Shown: positions 37,202 through 46,859 of the stretch, piece by piece | How positions within the stretch are numbered: position 1 is the first letter of the stretch | How the letters are laid out: every line of letters starts with the position of its first letter | DNA from: a virus | Reading direction: 5' to 3' (one strand) | Length of the DNA: 64,000 nt | Virus record (IMG/VR): IMGVR_UViG_3300015199_000002 | Location: 18,985-82,984 of that record | Made by a program: the position numbers and the translations under genes | The notes under the pieces: model-generated | What the model was told of the DNA's origin: nothing | Seen by the model: the letters and a program-made list of their open reading frames with translations, nothing else | Database searches by the model: none

Positions 37202-37489
37202 GTGAAAGGATATGATATGAAATTTAAAAAGAAGTTCGTTGAATACAGAGAAGCAGAGGTTCGCACCGTAAAAGCCGGCAAGGGTTACCACTTTGCAATT
37301 CCCATAAATGACTTAGAAAGAGAGATGAGTAGAAAAGACATATTTAAACGGGCTCACTTCTTTAACGATCACGGAAGTGTATATGCGGCATTCACAACTT
37401 TATATCAAGTCTATGAAAACGGAGAGAAGTTCGACTTCTTTGTAACGAAGAAGGCCGCCATAAAGCGCGCAAAAGACTATCTTAAATAA
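37202..37489 (+). CDS. Hypothetical protein
   Basis: Basic ~90 aa ORF; likely start at ATG 37217 behind AAGGA. Confidence 0.6.
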   Translation: MKGYDMKFKKKFVEYREAEVRTVKAGKGYHFAIPINDLEREMSRKDIFKRAHFFNDHGSVYAAFTTLYQVYENGEKFDFFVTKKAAIKRAKDYLK

Positions 37490-37499
37490 AGGAGTATAT

Positions 37500-37637
37500 A
37501 TGTGGTATATTTTATACACAAGTGCTCAAGGCACGCAGCATCAGTCAGAGTTTTACATGGACTTCTGGTCTGCGTACAAAGATGCTAAGAGACTTGTTGG
37601 GAGCCGATGCTTTGAAGTCGAACTTGTAACTACTTGA
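37500..37637 (+). CDS. Hypothetical protein (45 aa), absent from the ORF track
   Basis: MWYILYTSAQGTQHQSEFYMDFWSAYKDAKRLVGSRCFEVELVTT; AAGGAG RBS. Confidence 0.55.
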   Translation: MWYILYTSAQGTQHQSEFYMDFWSAYKDAKRLVGSRCFEVELVTT

Positions 37638-37649
37638 AAGGAAACTAGA

Positions 37650-38408
37650 ATGAGAATTGCATTACTTATTTGTCTTGTGGCTTTAGCCGGATGTGAGCAG
37701 CAACAGGACTTGATCTCTAATGGCACGAATGGTGCCACAGGCGGTACCGGTGCTAATGGATCGGACGGGTCGCAAGGTGCAACCGGTGCCACAGGTGCTC
37801 AAGGCGAGGCCGGAGCAGCTGGGTCCATAGGTAGGGCTGGGAGTACAGGGGTAAACGGCGCTATGGGCATTCCTGGGTCTAATGGGACAAATGGCGCTAA
37901 CGGTGCGGCCTGCCAGCAGGGGGCTAAGGGTGCCTCCGGCGCTACCGGAGCTTCTGGGCTAAACGGCGTTTCAGGTAAGAACGGATCTACTGGTGCCTCT
38001 GGAGCCAACGGTTCAACTGGACTGAATGGGTCTGCCGGGACTGGCGGCGGTAGCGGGACTAAGGGCGCTACCGGTGCAACAGGGGCGACAGGCGCTAGTG
38101 GCCTTAAAGGACCTACTGGGAATACAGGGGCTACAGGACCCCAGGGACTTAAAGGCGACCAGGGAGGCAAGTGCGGCACCCGAGTCTCTTTCGTCCTGAA
38201 GGCATTCTCATGCCTAAAGATTACAACGGATTACCACGCTACTGTTTGCGAGAGAGGCATTACGTTGCATAAGAGTGAGAGGTGCGATGATGACTATGAC
38301 AAGGTATTAGTCATTGACAAGGACCACCATGCTCTCTATATCAACGGCGTTCTATACTTGAAAGACAGCGCCAATGACTCTATACTTGATACTATTGATT
38401 TTAACTAA
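37650..38408 (+). CDS. Collagen-like lipoprotein
   Basis: Lipobox LAGC, about 50 G-X-Y triplets, Cys-containing globular C-terminus. Confidence 0.85.
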   Translation: MRIALLICLVALAGCEQQQDLISNGTNGATGGTGANGSDGSQGATGATGAQGEAGAAGSIGRAGSTGVNGAMGIPGSNGTNGANGAACQQGAKGASGATGASGLNGVSGKNGSTGASGANGSTGLNGSAGTGGGSGTKGATGATGATGASGLKGPTGNTGATGPQGLKGDQGGKCGTRVSFVLKAFSCLKITTDYHATVCERGITLHKSERCDDDYDKVLVIDKDHHALYINGVLYLKDSANDSILDTIDFN

Positions 38409-38420
38409 AAAGGGAACCAT

Positions 38421-38900
38421 ATGAATAAACTAATGATGCTTTTGATTCTTTTCTCTACCTCTGCAATGTCCGATCAGTCCTGCCATAAAGAAGTGAGCTG
38501 TGTTGAAGAGAGGCAGTGCGTATACCGCAAGCCTGTCGTCCGAACGGTTGTAAAGAGAGTGGTTGTTGAGAAGGTAGTGGAGAAGATTGTCTATGTCGAT
38601 CGACCGGTAGAGAAGACCGTTGTCGTTAACCAGATCTCAATTGGCAATAAGAGTGGTTCCAACGAGAAGAGAGTCTTGGTAGATAAGAATAGTAGTAACC
38701 GTAACTCAATCAGTCTATTGGGAATGGCTACCCCTACTGCTTTGAATGTCCAAGGAACTGCCAATAACTACAAAGCTTCTACAGAGTACCGGCCGGACCT
38801 CGGGTTAATGTACCAGCGTGACTTCGGGGACAGCGTCCGGGGATCTCTTGGTGCGACGATTAGGGGTAATGGTCTTGCTGCGCTTGGATGGAATTTTTAA
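38421..38900 (+). CDS. Secreted protein with VEK repeats and C-terminal outer-membrane beta-strands
   Basis: Signal peptide ending AMS, VVEKVVEKIVYVDRPVEK, amphipathic strands ending LGWNF. Confidence 0.65.
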   Translation: MNKLMMLLILFSTSAMSDQSCHKEVSCVEERQCVYRKPVVRTVVKRVVVEKVVEKIVYVDRPVEKTVVVNQISIGNKSGSNEKRVLVDKNSSNRNSISLLGMATPTALNVQGTANNYKASTEYRPDLGLMYQRDFGDSVRGSLGATIRGNGLAALGWNF

Positions 38901-39042
38901 CCTTGACTCACAAAATTGCGGCTTCGCAAATTAAAACTAAATGCGGGCTGTCGTTGTTTTGGACAATGGCCCGTTTAGTAAATAATTGGAAACATGTGAG
39001 ATGTAAGAGTTGTCTCAAGAAAAAGAGAAAGAAGAAGACAAA

Positions 39043-39225
39043 ATGAAACTCAGAGACTTCGAGCATGAATTTGACGCGAGGCAGAACTACGAAAGTACTT
39101 GCGACAACTGTGGCAAGGTTACTGTGGTCAGGACTCAGGCGGACGGTAACCCAGAGTATTACACTGGGGTCTACGTGGAGTGCGGTTGTGGGGATTGGGT
39201 GTTCTTCAACCTACCCGTTAACTAG
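39043..39225 (+). CDS. Small zinc-ribbon protein
   Basis: CDNC...CGCG; probable start MKLRDF. Confidence 0.55.
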   Translation: MKLRDFEHEFDARQNYESTCDNCGKVTVVRTQADGNPEYYTGVYVECGCGDWVFFNLPVN

Positions 39226-39658
39226 ACTTCTTAACTCTCTTCCTAGACTTCTTAGCTTCCAGCAACTTACGAGACCGAGCACTCTTAGCGGCCTCCCTGT
39301 TCTCTGAAGCTACCCGACGGACTGCCCTAACACTCTCAGCGACCGCATGACTGTCTAGGATCTCGGCCATGGCAGGCTCTACTCCCCCGCTGTTCCTGTC
39401 TACGGAAACACCGTCGTTAACGAAGGTCATGGCATCTCTTTGAATCTTCTTGTTCTCACGCCAGATCTTACGCTTCTCGTCCTGGTCATCTGTTATCATA
39501 CCGGGGTAACCACCCGACCAACCTCGGTTGAAGTTGTCTAGGTAATCCTTATCTTTATCTGAGAGCTTGTTGTGGTAGTCGGCTTCGGACATCCACTTGA
39601 GTCCGGGTTTGAATGCCGCTAATTTCTTTTTAGGTTTTTTGTTTGACTGATCTGACAC
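39218..39658 (-). CDS. Hypothetical basic protein
   Basis: 146 aa, last gene of the minus-strand block. Confidence 0.6.
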   Translation of the reverse strand: MSDQSNKKPKKKLAAFKPGLKWMSEADYHNKLSDKDKDYLDNFNRGWSGGYPGMITDDQDEKRKIWRENKKIQRDAMTFVNDGVSVDRNSGGVEPAMAEILDSHAVAESVRAVRRVASENREAAKSARSRKLLEAKKSRKRVKKSS

Positions 39659-39692
39659 TTTCCATATCCACTGTTCTGCCCTGCGTTGATTG

Positions 39693-41326
39693 TTATGAAG
39701 TAATCTTTTCGGCGTAGTATTCGGCCACCGTTGCCCGGGGCCAGCCGATGATCTTAATCGCCGTCTGACCTTTCATGAAGCCCACTGTGAACTCGGCGTC
39801 AGTTATCTCGACCCTAAGACTATCCGCGCCGTCCCTTGGCACGATATGCTGGGAGTTCATCCCGCTACCTGATGCGAATTTAACTACTAATGACTCGCAC
39901 TTGATGATCATGCTGTGCTCTGATTAATGTAGACGACTTTAGCCGCAGTGCCTTCAAGTGCATTGAATACCGGACCTACCACAGACGCCGCGTAGAACTT
40001 ACCTACGCAGAGCTTGATCTTGGCGATGTCTTCAACTGCGATGTCGGCCGAACCGCCGCCGTAGACCTTGGCTGCCAGGTTATACCGAGCAAACTTTTCG
40101 GTGCCGGCTAGTCCTGGTTCGTCCTGAAACGACGTCAACAATGCTGCACTGCACAGTTGGGCCAGTGTGATGGGGCCAATGATCCCTGTGTCTGCGTTCT
40201 TCTCTGTGAATGGTTTACCGTCGATACCGTTTACGCCTTGTGAAAAATCAATCTTCATTTTTTACTCTCTTTCTTTTTACTGTTTAGGGTTGGGGCTGAT
40301 TTAAAAGGAATGTCAAAGGATGATCCATCGTGGGTCTTAACGACACCGTCGATCTGGACTTCAAATCCTACACGATCGCATAGGAAGTGGATGTACTTGG
40401 CCAGGTTAAATAGGTCAAACCGCACGCTGTAGGTGTTGGTCGATCTGTCTCTATCCACACTCATGGCGGTAGCAATACCTGCTGCTTCCATTGCTTCGAA
40501 TGCCACTCGGTCCATGAATAGGGTACCGTAGAGTCGCTTGTTGTCTACGAGCTCTTCCCAGTTACCGAGTAACTTAAGGACGCTCGCTTCTTTTGGGGAC
40601 AGTATTCGTCTTGGTGAGAAGATCATTTGTGCCTACGGAATGCTCCGAGAAGGAGTAGGGCAGAGGTTGCAATAGCGCAAAACGCAAACCACACGAGTAC
40701 TGGGGTTATTACCTGGAGCCAGGTCCAGTCTATTTTGTGGGTGATTTTTAGCCCCGCCAGTAATAGAGTTAGTAATTCTACCGAATTGATTCTCATCATT
40801 TTTTGTCTCTTACCAGAATGCATTGAGCGCCGACTAGTGTGAGGGTCTGGCCTTCTTCGTTGGTCCGAGTGAGGTTGGAGCCGTCAAGCGTTGAGTCGCC
40901 GATTGGGAATGGGGCGCCGTCGTTAACTGCGGGATGAGAGCAGACGCCCTTAAGGGCAATTGGTTCTGATTTCTTTGATGCCTGGACGAAGGCGGCTACT
41001 GTAATTGCTAACATTAATGCTGTAAATACAACTCTTTTCATAATGATTCCTTTTAGTTATCCTTTAAGTTCTGTTAGTCGCGCTAGGCAATGGGCGATCT
41101 TGGCACCCTGATACGCCTTAACTTCTTTGAGGCCGGCGCTGAGGTCGGACACCGCTAGTTTGGCGGCCTGATAGTTCTCGTTCTCATCCCGCTCCTTCTT
41201 AGCTGTAGAGATAGCCTGAGTGGAGTCGGTCACCTGCTTTTGCAGGGCCTGTTCGTCCATAGCGTCTAACTCTTCGACGACAGATTCGGGGAGCTTGTTC
41301 TTCTTAGCGGACTTTTCTTTTTTCAT
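39693..41326 (-). CDS. Cluster of six small hypothetical genes (39693-39911, 39908-40258, 40255-40626, 40623-~40799 membrane protein, 40796-41041 secreted protein, 41057-41326 coiled coil)
   Basis: Chained ATGA overlaps and RBS motifs; no recognisable catalytic motifs. Confidence 0.6.
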
Positions 41327-41442
41327 AGTGCCTCTATAAAGACTGTCTCATGACTATACAGGTTTGGCAAGAGAATAATTTATACAATATTGTGTATAAG
41401 TATCGATCCTTGCATAATTGCCAACAGGGCGTTATTGTTGGA

Positions 41443-43542
41443 TTATTTCAGATCGGCTAGATTTTTAGCGATCCTCGGCTCGGCTACTAGGCTGACACCA
41501 GGGAGCTCTACAGCGTGCTCCATGGCCTCTTTTAATATAACTACTACGTCATCTGCGTCGGCATCTGCACACTCAACCACAATTTCGTCGTGGATTACCA
41601 GCACTGTGCGGGCCTCGATGTTTGCCTCTTTGCATAGTTCTGAGAACCGTATCGACGCTCTATTAGCTATGCTGGCGGCCGTGCTTTGAACGATATGGTT
41701 CATACCCAAATTTAAAAGTGTTCTAGCTTCGTAAGGTAGTTTATCATGAGAAACATTTCCGAAAACTTTATTGATATCCATCGCTCTGGGAATTCGGCGC
41801 TTCCTTCCGTATAAATTTTGCACGTAACCTTGTTTCTTTACAGTATCGTGTGCTTTTACCATCATGGCCTTTACGCTAGGGAAATTTTCAAAATAATTAT
41901 CTATAACTTCCTGTGCTTCTTTTACGTCTACTCCCAAACCGGGAGCCATTTTAGAAGCAGTTGTTCCGTACGTGGCCGAGAGAGCGACCACCTTAGACTT
42001 ATTTCTTAGGGATTCATATTTTTTACCGAAGAAGTCGGGGTGAGATTTAAATAGGGAGCAATCTCGCTTATTAAATAATTCAGTCCCTATTACTGAATAG
42101 AAGTCGGTTCCTGTTTTGAAGCAAGCAAGTAATCTTTCGTCGTTAGAAAAAGACGCGAATACTCTGGGTTCAAGCTGGCTATAATCGCTTCCGACGAATA
42201 CTTTTCCTGGACGAGAAACTACGCAAGCTTTGAGCCTTTTATCGTCTCTGGGTAGCGTTTGAAAATTTGGGTTTTTGCAGCTAAAACGCCCAGACGTAGT
42301 TCCATTCTGTAAAAATTGCGGATGAATTATACTAAACGTCTGCTGCCTCTCTAACGGAAGAACGTAAGTTCCAAGCAGCTTATCTACTTTCTTAAGCTGT
42401 AACAGCTTCTTTACCCAAGAATATTTATCTTCAAACGTGGCAAGTACTGCTTTGTCAACCGATAGATAGGTCCAGTAATCCTTTACTTTAGCTTCTGCTC
42501 TCTTCTTGCCTGTTTTTCTGTCTACCGTGTCCTTCTCTCTCCAAATCGCTCCTTTACAGTGTTTCACTGTCTCTATGAACTCGATCTTGGACTTATTGGT
42601 GTAGGGCCTTCTCATTTGCATAGCAGCGCACAAATCGGCGCCTGCGTCTGATACTCGAACAAATCTCTCTCCTAGCTTTTCAAATAGGAGCCACGCTAAC
42701 ATTTCCCTCGAATCAATGTTGAACGTAGTACGAGGAGACGTCGCAGGGTATTTTTCTGAAATTATAGGCGTGATCTCCGCGTCGATAAAACTACATAACT
42801 CAGCAGACTCTATTTCGAGTTCTTTCTTTAGAGCCGCGAGACGCTCCATGTCTATTTTAAGTCCCGTAGTATTTAGCTCATACGTGGCGGATCTCAGAAG
42901 GGGCATCGTCTCCTCGTAGAAAAAATTGATCATTCCCTCGTCAGCTAATTCATTCAAAACATGTTCAAACAGTCTGTACGTAAGTATTGCGTCTTGGCAG
43001 CCATATTCTGCTAGCAGATGAGAATCCGCCTTGTATAATTCGTAGTTGGCCTTAGTCAACTGGCCGCCGTTTCTTATTACCGATGCCCTAACTGCAATCT
43101 GCTCGTCTCGAGAGGATTCTCCGAATATCTCAGCAGCTAGATCTTTTAGTCCGCACTTTCTATTCTCGTTCGCCAAATGAGCTGCCAACATTGTATCCGT
43201 GTGGACAGCTTGAATCATAGGAACTTTATAATTTTCTTCTACGCGAGCCGAATCAAATACGCCGTTATGTTCTATGAGATCCTTGGTGACTAGGACCTTC
43301 ATGACTTCTGGAGCAGAGTCCTTAGTTTCTAAATACACTAGCTCCTGTTTGTCGACGTCCCAGTAGGCAGTTACAACATACCATCCCAAGTCTTCACTGG
43401 CTGCAACGCTATAGCCAATAATCTCAGCAGAAGAAGTGACGCCCGTGGTCTCGCAATCAAATGCGACGTATTGTTTATCTTCTAGGTACTTCAAAAGTTC
43501 CTGCACTCCGACGTTGTCTCGTATGATTCTTTTTTCAGTCAT
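41443..43542 (-). CDS. polA: Family A DNA polymerase with 3'-5' exonuclease
   Basis: Exonuclease motifs FDCETTG, HNGVFD and YGCQDA; polymerase motifs TTSGRFS..NPN.Q, DYSQLEPR, RNKSKVVALSATYG and IHDEI. Confidence 0.97.
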   Translation of the reverse strand: MTEKRIIRDNVGVQELLKYLEDKQYVAFDCETTGVTSSAEIIGYSVAASEDLGWYVVTAYWDVDKQELVYLETKDSAPEVMKVLVTKDLIEHNGVFDSARVEENYKVPMIQAVHTDTMLAAHLANENRKCGLKDLAAEIFGESSRDEQIAVRASVIRNGGQLTKANYELYKADSHLLAEYGCQDAILTYRLFEHVLNELADEGMINFFYEETMPLLRSATYELNTTGLKIDMERLAALKKELEIESAELCSFIDAEITPIISEKYPATSPRTTFNIDSREMLAWLLFEKLGERFVRVSDAGADLCAAMQMRRPYTNKSKIEFIETVKHCKGAIWREKDTVDRKTGKKRAEAKVKDYWTYLSVDKAVLATFEDKYSWVKKLLQLKKVDKLLGTYVLPLERQQTFSIIHPQFLQNGTTSGRFSCKNPNFQTLPRDDKRLKACVVSRPGKVFVGSDYSQLEPRVFASFSNDERLLACFKTGTDFYSVIGTELFNKRDCSLFKSHPDFFGKKYESLRNKSKVVALSATYGTTASKMAPGLGVDVKEAQEVIDNYFENFPSVKAMMVKAHDTVKKQGYVQNLYGRKRRIPRAMDINKVFGNVSHDKLPYEARTLLNLGMNHIVQSTAASIANRASIRFSELCKEANIEARTVLVIHDEIVVECADADADDVVVILKEAMEHAVELPGVSLVAEPRIAKNLADLK

Positions 43543-45331
43543 TGCTCTGCCTTATTTTCTCGGCCAAGCTATCCCCTAGCCTTCCTTTGTTGTACGGCAA
43601 AGTTATTGCCCAAGTAGGGGCTCCCCCAAACCTTTGCTTCCTACAGTGAAACGTAGTGGTCAACGCCGCATAGTCCGGTATCGCTTCAATAGCATTATGG
43701 CAGTGATTTAAAAAAGTTCGGTCATTCTCTATGCGCTGCCCGAATGCTCCTCGATTAGTCGTCTCCTCAGAAATTTGACCAAACACCACAATTGGGATCG
43801 TGCATTCGCGAGCGTAATTTTTAAGGCTTAATCCCAAGGATTTTGATATTTGAAAAGATTCTCGCCCGGGGTACTCTTCGCAGGTAGATACCGCTTGTAG
43901 ATAGTCAAGGATAATTAGCGCTGGTTTTTCGTTCGCAGGTAACCCCTTTGCTCGATCCAGCACTTTTTCTATGTAAGTTAGATCTGTGCACCCGTCGGGG
44001 ATAACCTCTAGCCGACTTACTATAGTCTCGATCATATCAAACACTTCGGACTGCGTCTGCATGGTGGCGGACGAGTGGTTGAAGTCTGATTTCCAATCAT
44101 ATCCCAAAAGAAGACAGGCCACATTGCTAAGGACCTCGTGTATTGTCGCTTCGTTTGGCAAGAGTAATATTCTCTTCTCTGGATGCGTCAGTATTATGTT
44201 GGCGATTAGATTATAGCAAGTAGTGGACTTGCCTGCTCCGGTCTTTGCGCCTACAAACGTGATGCCAGTTGTAAACATAAAAACTTCTTTAAACGCATCG
44301 TCCACAAATGCTGTGGGGTTATTTATAGCATATTTCATTTCCGCGTGCTGTGCGGTAAACTCAGCGAGTATTTTGTCTTTAGCCAGAGGGGCGAATGTGT
44401 CTGGATCAGACACGCTGGACTCTTTGCGGAATACTTTCTCAAGCAGATTCGTAGCATAGCTTATCCTGTGCTCCCCTCGACGTTCTCTGGCCTTGCAAGT
44501 ATTTACTAAAACTGACGCGGCCTCCTCCTCAGTAAATCCGTTTGAGTGAAGTATGTTCGTAAGTCTCCAGTCCGCTCCAGATCTATCCTCAACTTCGCCG
44601 GAGAAGATCCTTTTGACCTCTTTGTTCTTTTTAAAAAGAACCTCAAATTTCTTGGGTAGTTTGTCTGAGATCAAAATTTCCGGCTGATTGATGTTATTGG
44701 CAATGTTATAATGCCGCTCACAGAACTCTTCGTCCTTTGCCGTTATGGGAGGCAGCCACTTGTCGAGTTCTTCGCAAGTATAGTGAGACTCCGATGAAAA
44801 TACCTCTTCGCAAAGCTTAGGGTAATCCTTGGTTTTAACGTTAGCGGTGCCTGCTACTCTCATTAATTGTTTTATTTGGCTGACTGCCGGATCTGTTTTG
44901 AACTTACGGCACAGTCTGCGGGATAGCCTCAGATAAGATTTAGCGTCAAGGTCAGAAACAAGCCAGTAAATATGAACGCCATTTCCACTGTAAACGATGC
45001 TAGTGGGGGTTAGATTAGAGCTCTCAGTGACCTTCTCTACAAACTCCTCTTTCGTCGCATACTCATGCCTACGATCAGGATTCTCGCTCTTGTAATCCTT
45101 AAGGTCTAAATCACAAAACACCCAGTTAAACTCGGTGATGTCCTTGGCCTGTATGAACCTGCCGCCTAGGCTGTCGTAGGTCTCTTGGTTGACCTCGTTA
45201 GGGTAGTAGTATATGTTATACCCCTGTGCATTGTATTCCAACGCCTCTTCCAGTGAGATGTCTGCTTGAATCGGTCTGACATTCGGGTTTTCATCCCTTA
45301 ACCAGTTTGAGGGCAACATCGCGTATATCAC
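43535..45331 (-). CDS. Primase-helicase fusion (RepB'-like AEP primase plus DnaB/SF4-like helicase)
   Basis: FCDLD, SGNGVHIYW and LMRVAGT.N.K primase motifs; GAKTGAGKST, LIILDYLQ, PIVVFGQ and KQRFG helicase motifs. Confidence 0.88.
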   Translation of the reverse strand: MIYAMLPSNWLRDENPNVRPIQADISLEEALEYNAQGYNIYYYPNEVNQETYDSLGGRFIQAKDITEFNWVFCDLDLKDYKSENPDRRHEYATKEEFVEKVTESSNLTPTSIVYSGNGVHIYWLVSDLDAKSYLRLSRRLCRKFKTDPAVSQIKQLMRVAGTANVKTKDYPKLCEEVFSSESHYTCEELDKWLPPITAKDEEFCERHYNIANNINQPEILISDKLPKKFEVLFKKNKEVKRIFSGEVEDRSGADWRLTNILHSNGFTEEEAASVLVNTCKARERRGEHRISYATNLLEKVFRKESSVSDPDTFAPLAKDKILAEFTAQHAEMKYAINNPTAFVDDAFKEVFMFTTGITFVGAKTGAGKSTTCYNLIANIILTHPEKRILLLPNEATIHEVLSNVACLLLGYDWKSDFNHSSATMQTQSEVFDMIETIVSRLEVIPDGCTDLTYIEKVLDRAKGLPANEKPALIILDYLQAVSTCEEYPGRESFQISKSLGLSLKNYARECTIPIVVFGQISEETTNRGAFGQRIENDRTFLNHCHNAIEAIPDYAALTTTFHCRKQRFGGAPTWAITLPYNKGRLGDSLAEKIRQSND

Positions 45332-45353
45332 TAAGTGCTCCTAGTAAAGGAAT

Positions 45354-45461
45354 GGGCGACCGTTGCGGTGGTGAGGGGGATGCAACGGTCGCCCTGCCTG
45401 GATGTGCGCGACGGCGACTAGGGGGAGTCGCATCGTCGTGCTTGTGTGGATTACTCCAGGC
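45354..45461 (-). ncRNA. Twin-hairpin element with C-rich loops between ssb and primase
   Basis: Minus strand GCCTGGA...GCGACT[CCCCCT]AGTCGC...TCCAGGC, 1-nt linker, GGGCGACCGTTGC[ATCCCCCTCACCACC]GCAACGGTCGCCC (perfect 13-bp stem). Confidence 0.55.
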
Positions 45462-45463
45462 GA

Positions 45464-45988
45464 CTAAGCTGTTTTTCGGCGTTCCGCAAGGATCTCGGTG
45501 ATCGACTTCTTAGGTGCCGATTTAGCCGGTGCCGCTGGAGCTGCTTTCTTAGCAGGAGGAGCCACCTTAACTTCGTCCATAGGAGTTTCTTCTTCAGCTT
45601 CTTCTGCTGGCTCATCGTCGCCGGCTGCTTCGTAGTTGGGTTCTTCAGCATCATCGGTAGTGGGAATCTCAGACGCGTCAAGCTTCTGCTCGTCGTCGAT
45701 GTCTACCGTGTAGCACTTCATAGGGTTGCCCTTTTTCATCTTCTTGTCTTCGGTATAGGTGACCTGCATGAGGCAGCCGGGCTTCTCGCCTTCGAGTAGC
45801 TGTGTCAGGTGGGTTTGTCCAAACACCACTCGGATGCCCTTCTTGGTCTTGAATAGGTGCTTCTTAGTGGGTCCATACTCACCTTCGAAGTCGGGGCTCC
45901 CCAGGTAATACCCGGTGAGGGAATCTCCTGCGTTTTCGAATTTGAATTGCTCTCCGCCGCTTGTATCTGTCTTACGTTTGAATGCCAT
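45464..45988 (-). CDS. Single-stranded DNA-binding protein (phage OB-fold type)
   Basis: Aromatic/basic beta-rich N-terminal domain and a long acidic tail; upstream of primase and polymerase. Confidence 0.7.
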   Translation of the reverse strand: MAFKRKTDTSGGEQFKFENAGDSLTGYYLGSPDFEGEYGPTKKHLFKTKKGIRVVFGQTHLTQLLEGEKPGCLMQVTYTEDKKMKKGNPMKCYTVDIDDEQKLDASEIPTTDDAEEPNYEAAGDDEPAEEAEEETPMDEVKVAPPAKKAAPAAPAKSAPKKSITEILAERRKTA

Positions 45989-46000
45989 TTATCTGTCTCC

Positions 46001-46180
46001 TTAGTTACGTTGTTGCTCTACACAAACGAAGGCCAATTCCTTCGTTGTTCCACTTACAAGTGCTTTTGTTTCATTGCCTGCCTTGATGCAATCTCCGGCA
46101 TTCTTGAACCCAGTAATGTTTGTAAACGCGATAGTACTTAGTGAGCGTACGAGTAAAATAAGAATCCAAGTGCTGCTCAT
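46001..46180 (-). CDS. Small exported or membrane protein (59 aa), absent from the ORF track
   Basis: MSSTWILILLVRSLSTIAFTNITGFKNAGDCIKAG...FVCV; AAGGAG RBS. Confidence 0.6.
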   Translation of the reverse strand: MSSTWILILLVRSLSTIAFTNITGFKNAGDCIKAGNETKALVSGTTKELAFVCVEQQRN

Positions 46181-46189
46181 AGTTTCTCC

Positions 46190-46810
46190 TTAAGTGATTG
46201 GGAAGATTCCGTCATCTTCTTCCTCTTGTTCTGCTGCTACCGTCGGGGCCATCCCTGGCGCCATTCGAGCCTTCATGCTCGCAAAGGTCTCTTTAAGCTT
46301 AGCAGTAAATTCTTCTGGAGTCCCGTTATTAGAGACCGAGTAATCAATGTGATTACTGTTCAATGAAATCTCTGATTTATGCCCTTCAATCCCTAGTCCG
46401 GCGACTGCGTGCTCTGCGCTATTGGCACGACTGACCTCGACTACATAGCCCCCGAGGCTGTGAATCATTTCTGCCTCATTAGGGAACCGGCAGTCGTCGC
46501 AGGTAATGATTACGGTGTCGTCCTTTTGCTTCAGGTTATTGTACCTTGCTTTGAACAGATCAACCCACAGAGTCTCTGAGATCGTGTCTCTGCCCCACTC
46601 GGTGCCGATCCACTGGAGTAGTTTCCGGTCTTTCAGGAAGTCTAGCGGAGGTGTGTAGACTGCAGAGATTCGACTGTAGATGAATTTTTGTATATCGTAG
46701 AGTGGACCTGCGAACTTGACGTTATAGACCGCGCCAAATCCAGAAGCCTTAAGCGCTTCGATGGCAGTTGATTTTCCAGAACCAGCTTTTCCTGTGAATG
46801 CGATTAACAT
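46190..46810 (-). CDS. Deoxynucleoside monophosphate kinase
   Basis: GKAGSGKST, FAGPL, RKLLQWIGTEWGR, DDCRFPNE and H.SE motifs. Confidence 0.92.
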   Translation of the reverse strand: MLIAFTGKAGSGKSTAIEALKASGFGAVYNVKFAGPLYDIQKFIYSRISAVYTPPLDFLKDRKLLQWIGTEWGRDTISETLWVDLFKARYNNLKQKDDTVIITCDDCRFPNEAEMIHSLGGYVVEVSRANSAEHAVAGLGIEGHKSEISLNSNHIDYSVSNNGTPEEFTAKLKETFASMKARMAPGMAPTVAAEQEEEDDGIFPIT

Positions 46811-46859
46811 TCATCTACATTGCCACAGGATTTTACTGATTGCAAGTATTATTTTTGGG

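Noticed and set aside
41443-45331. Introns or inteins in the polymerase and primase-helicase (terminase also checked)
   Set aside because: The ORFs are continuous, of normal length, with motifs in the expected order and no intein splice motifs.
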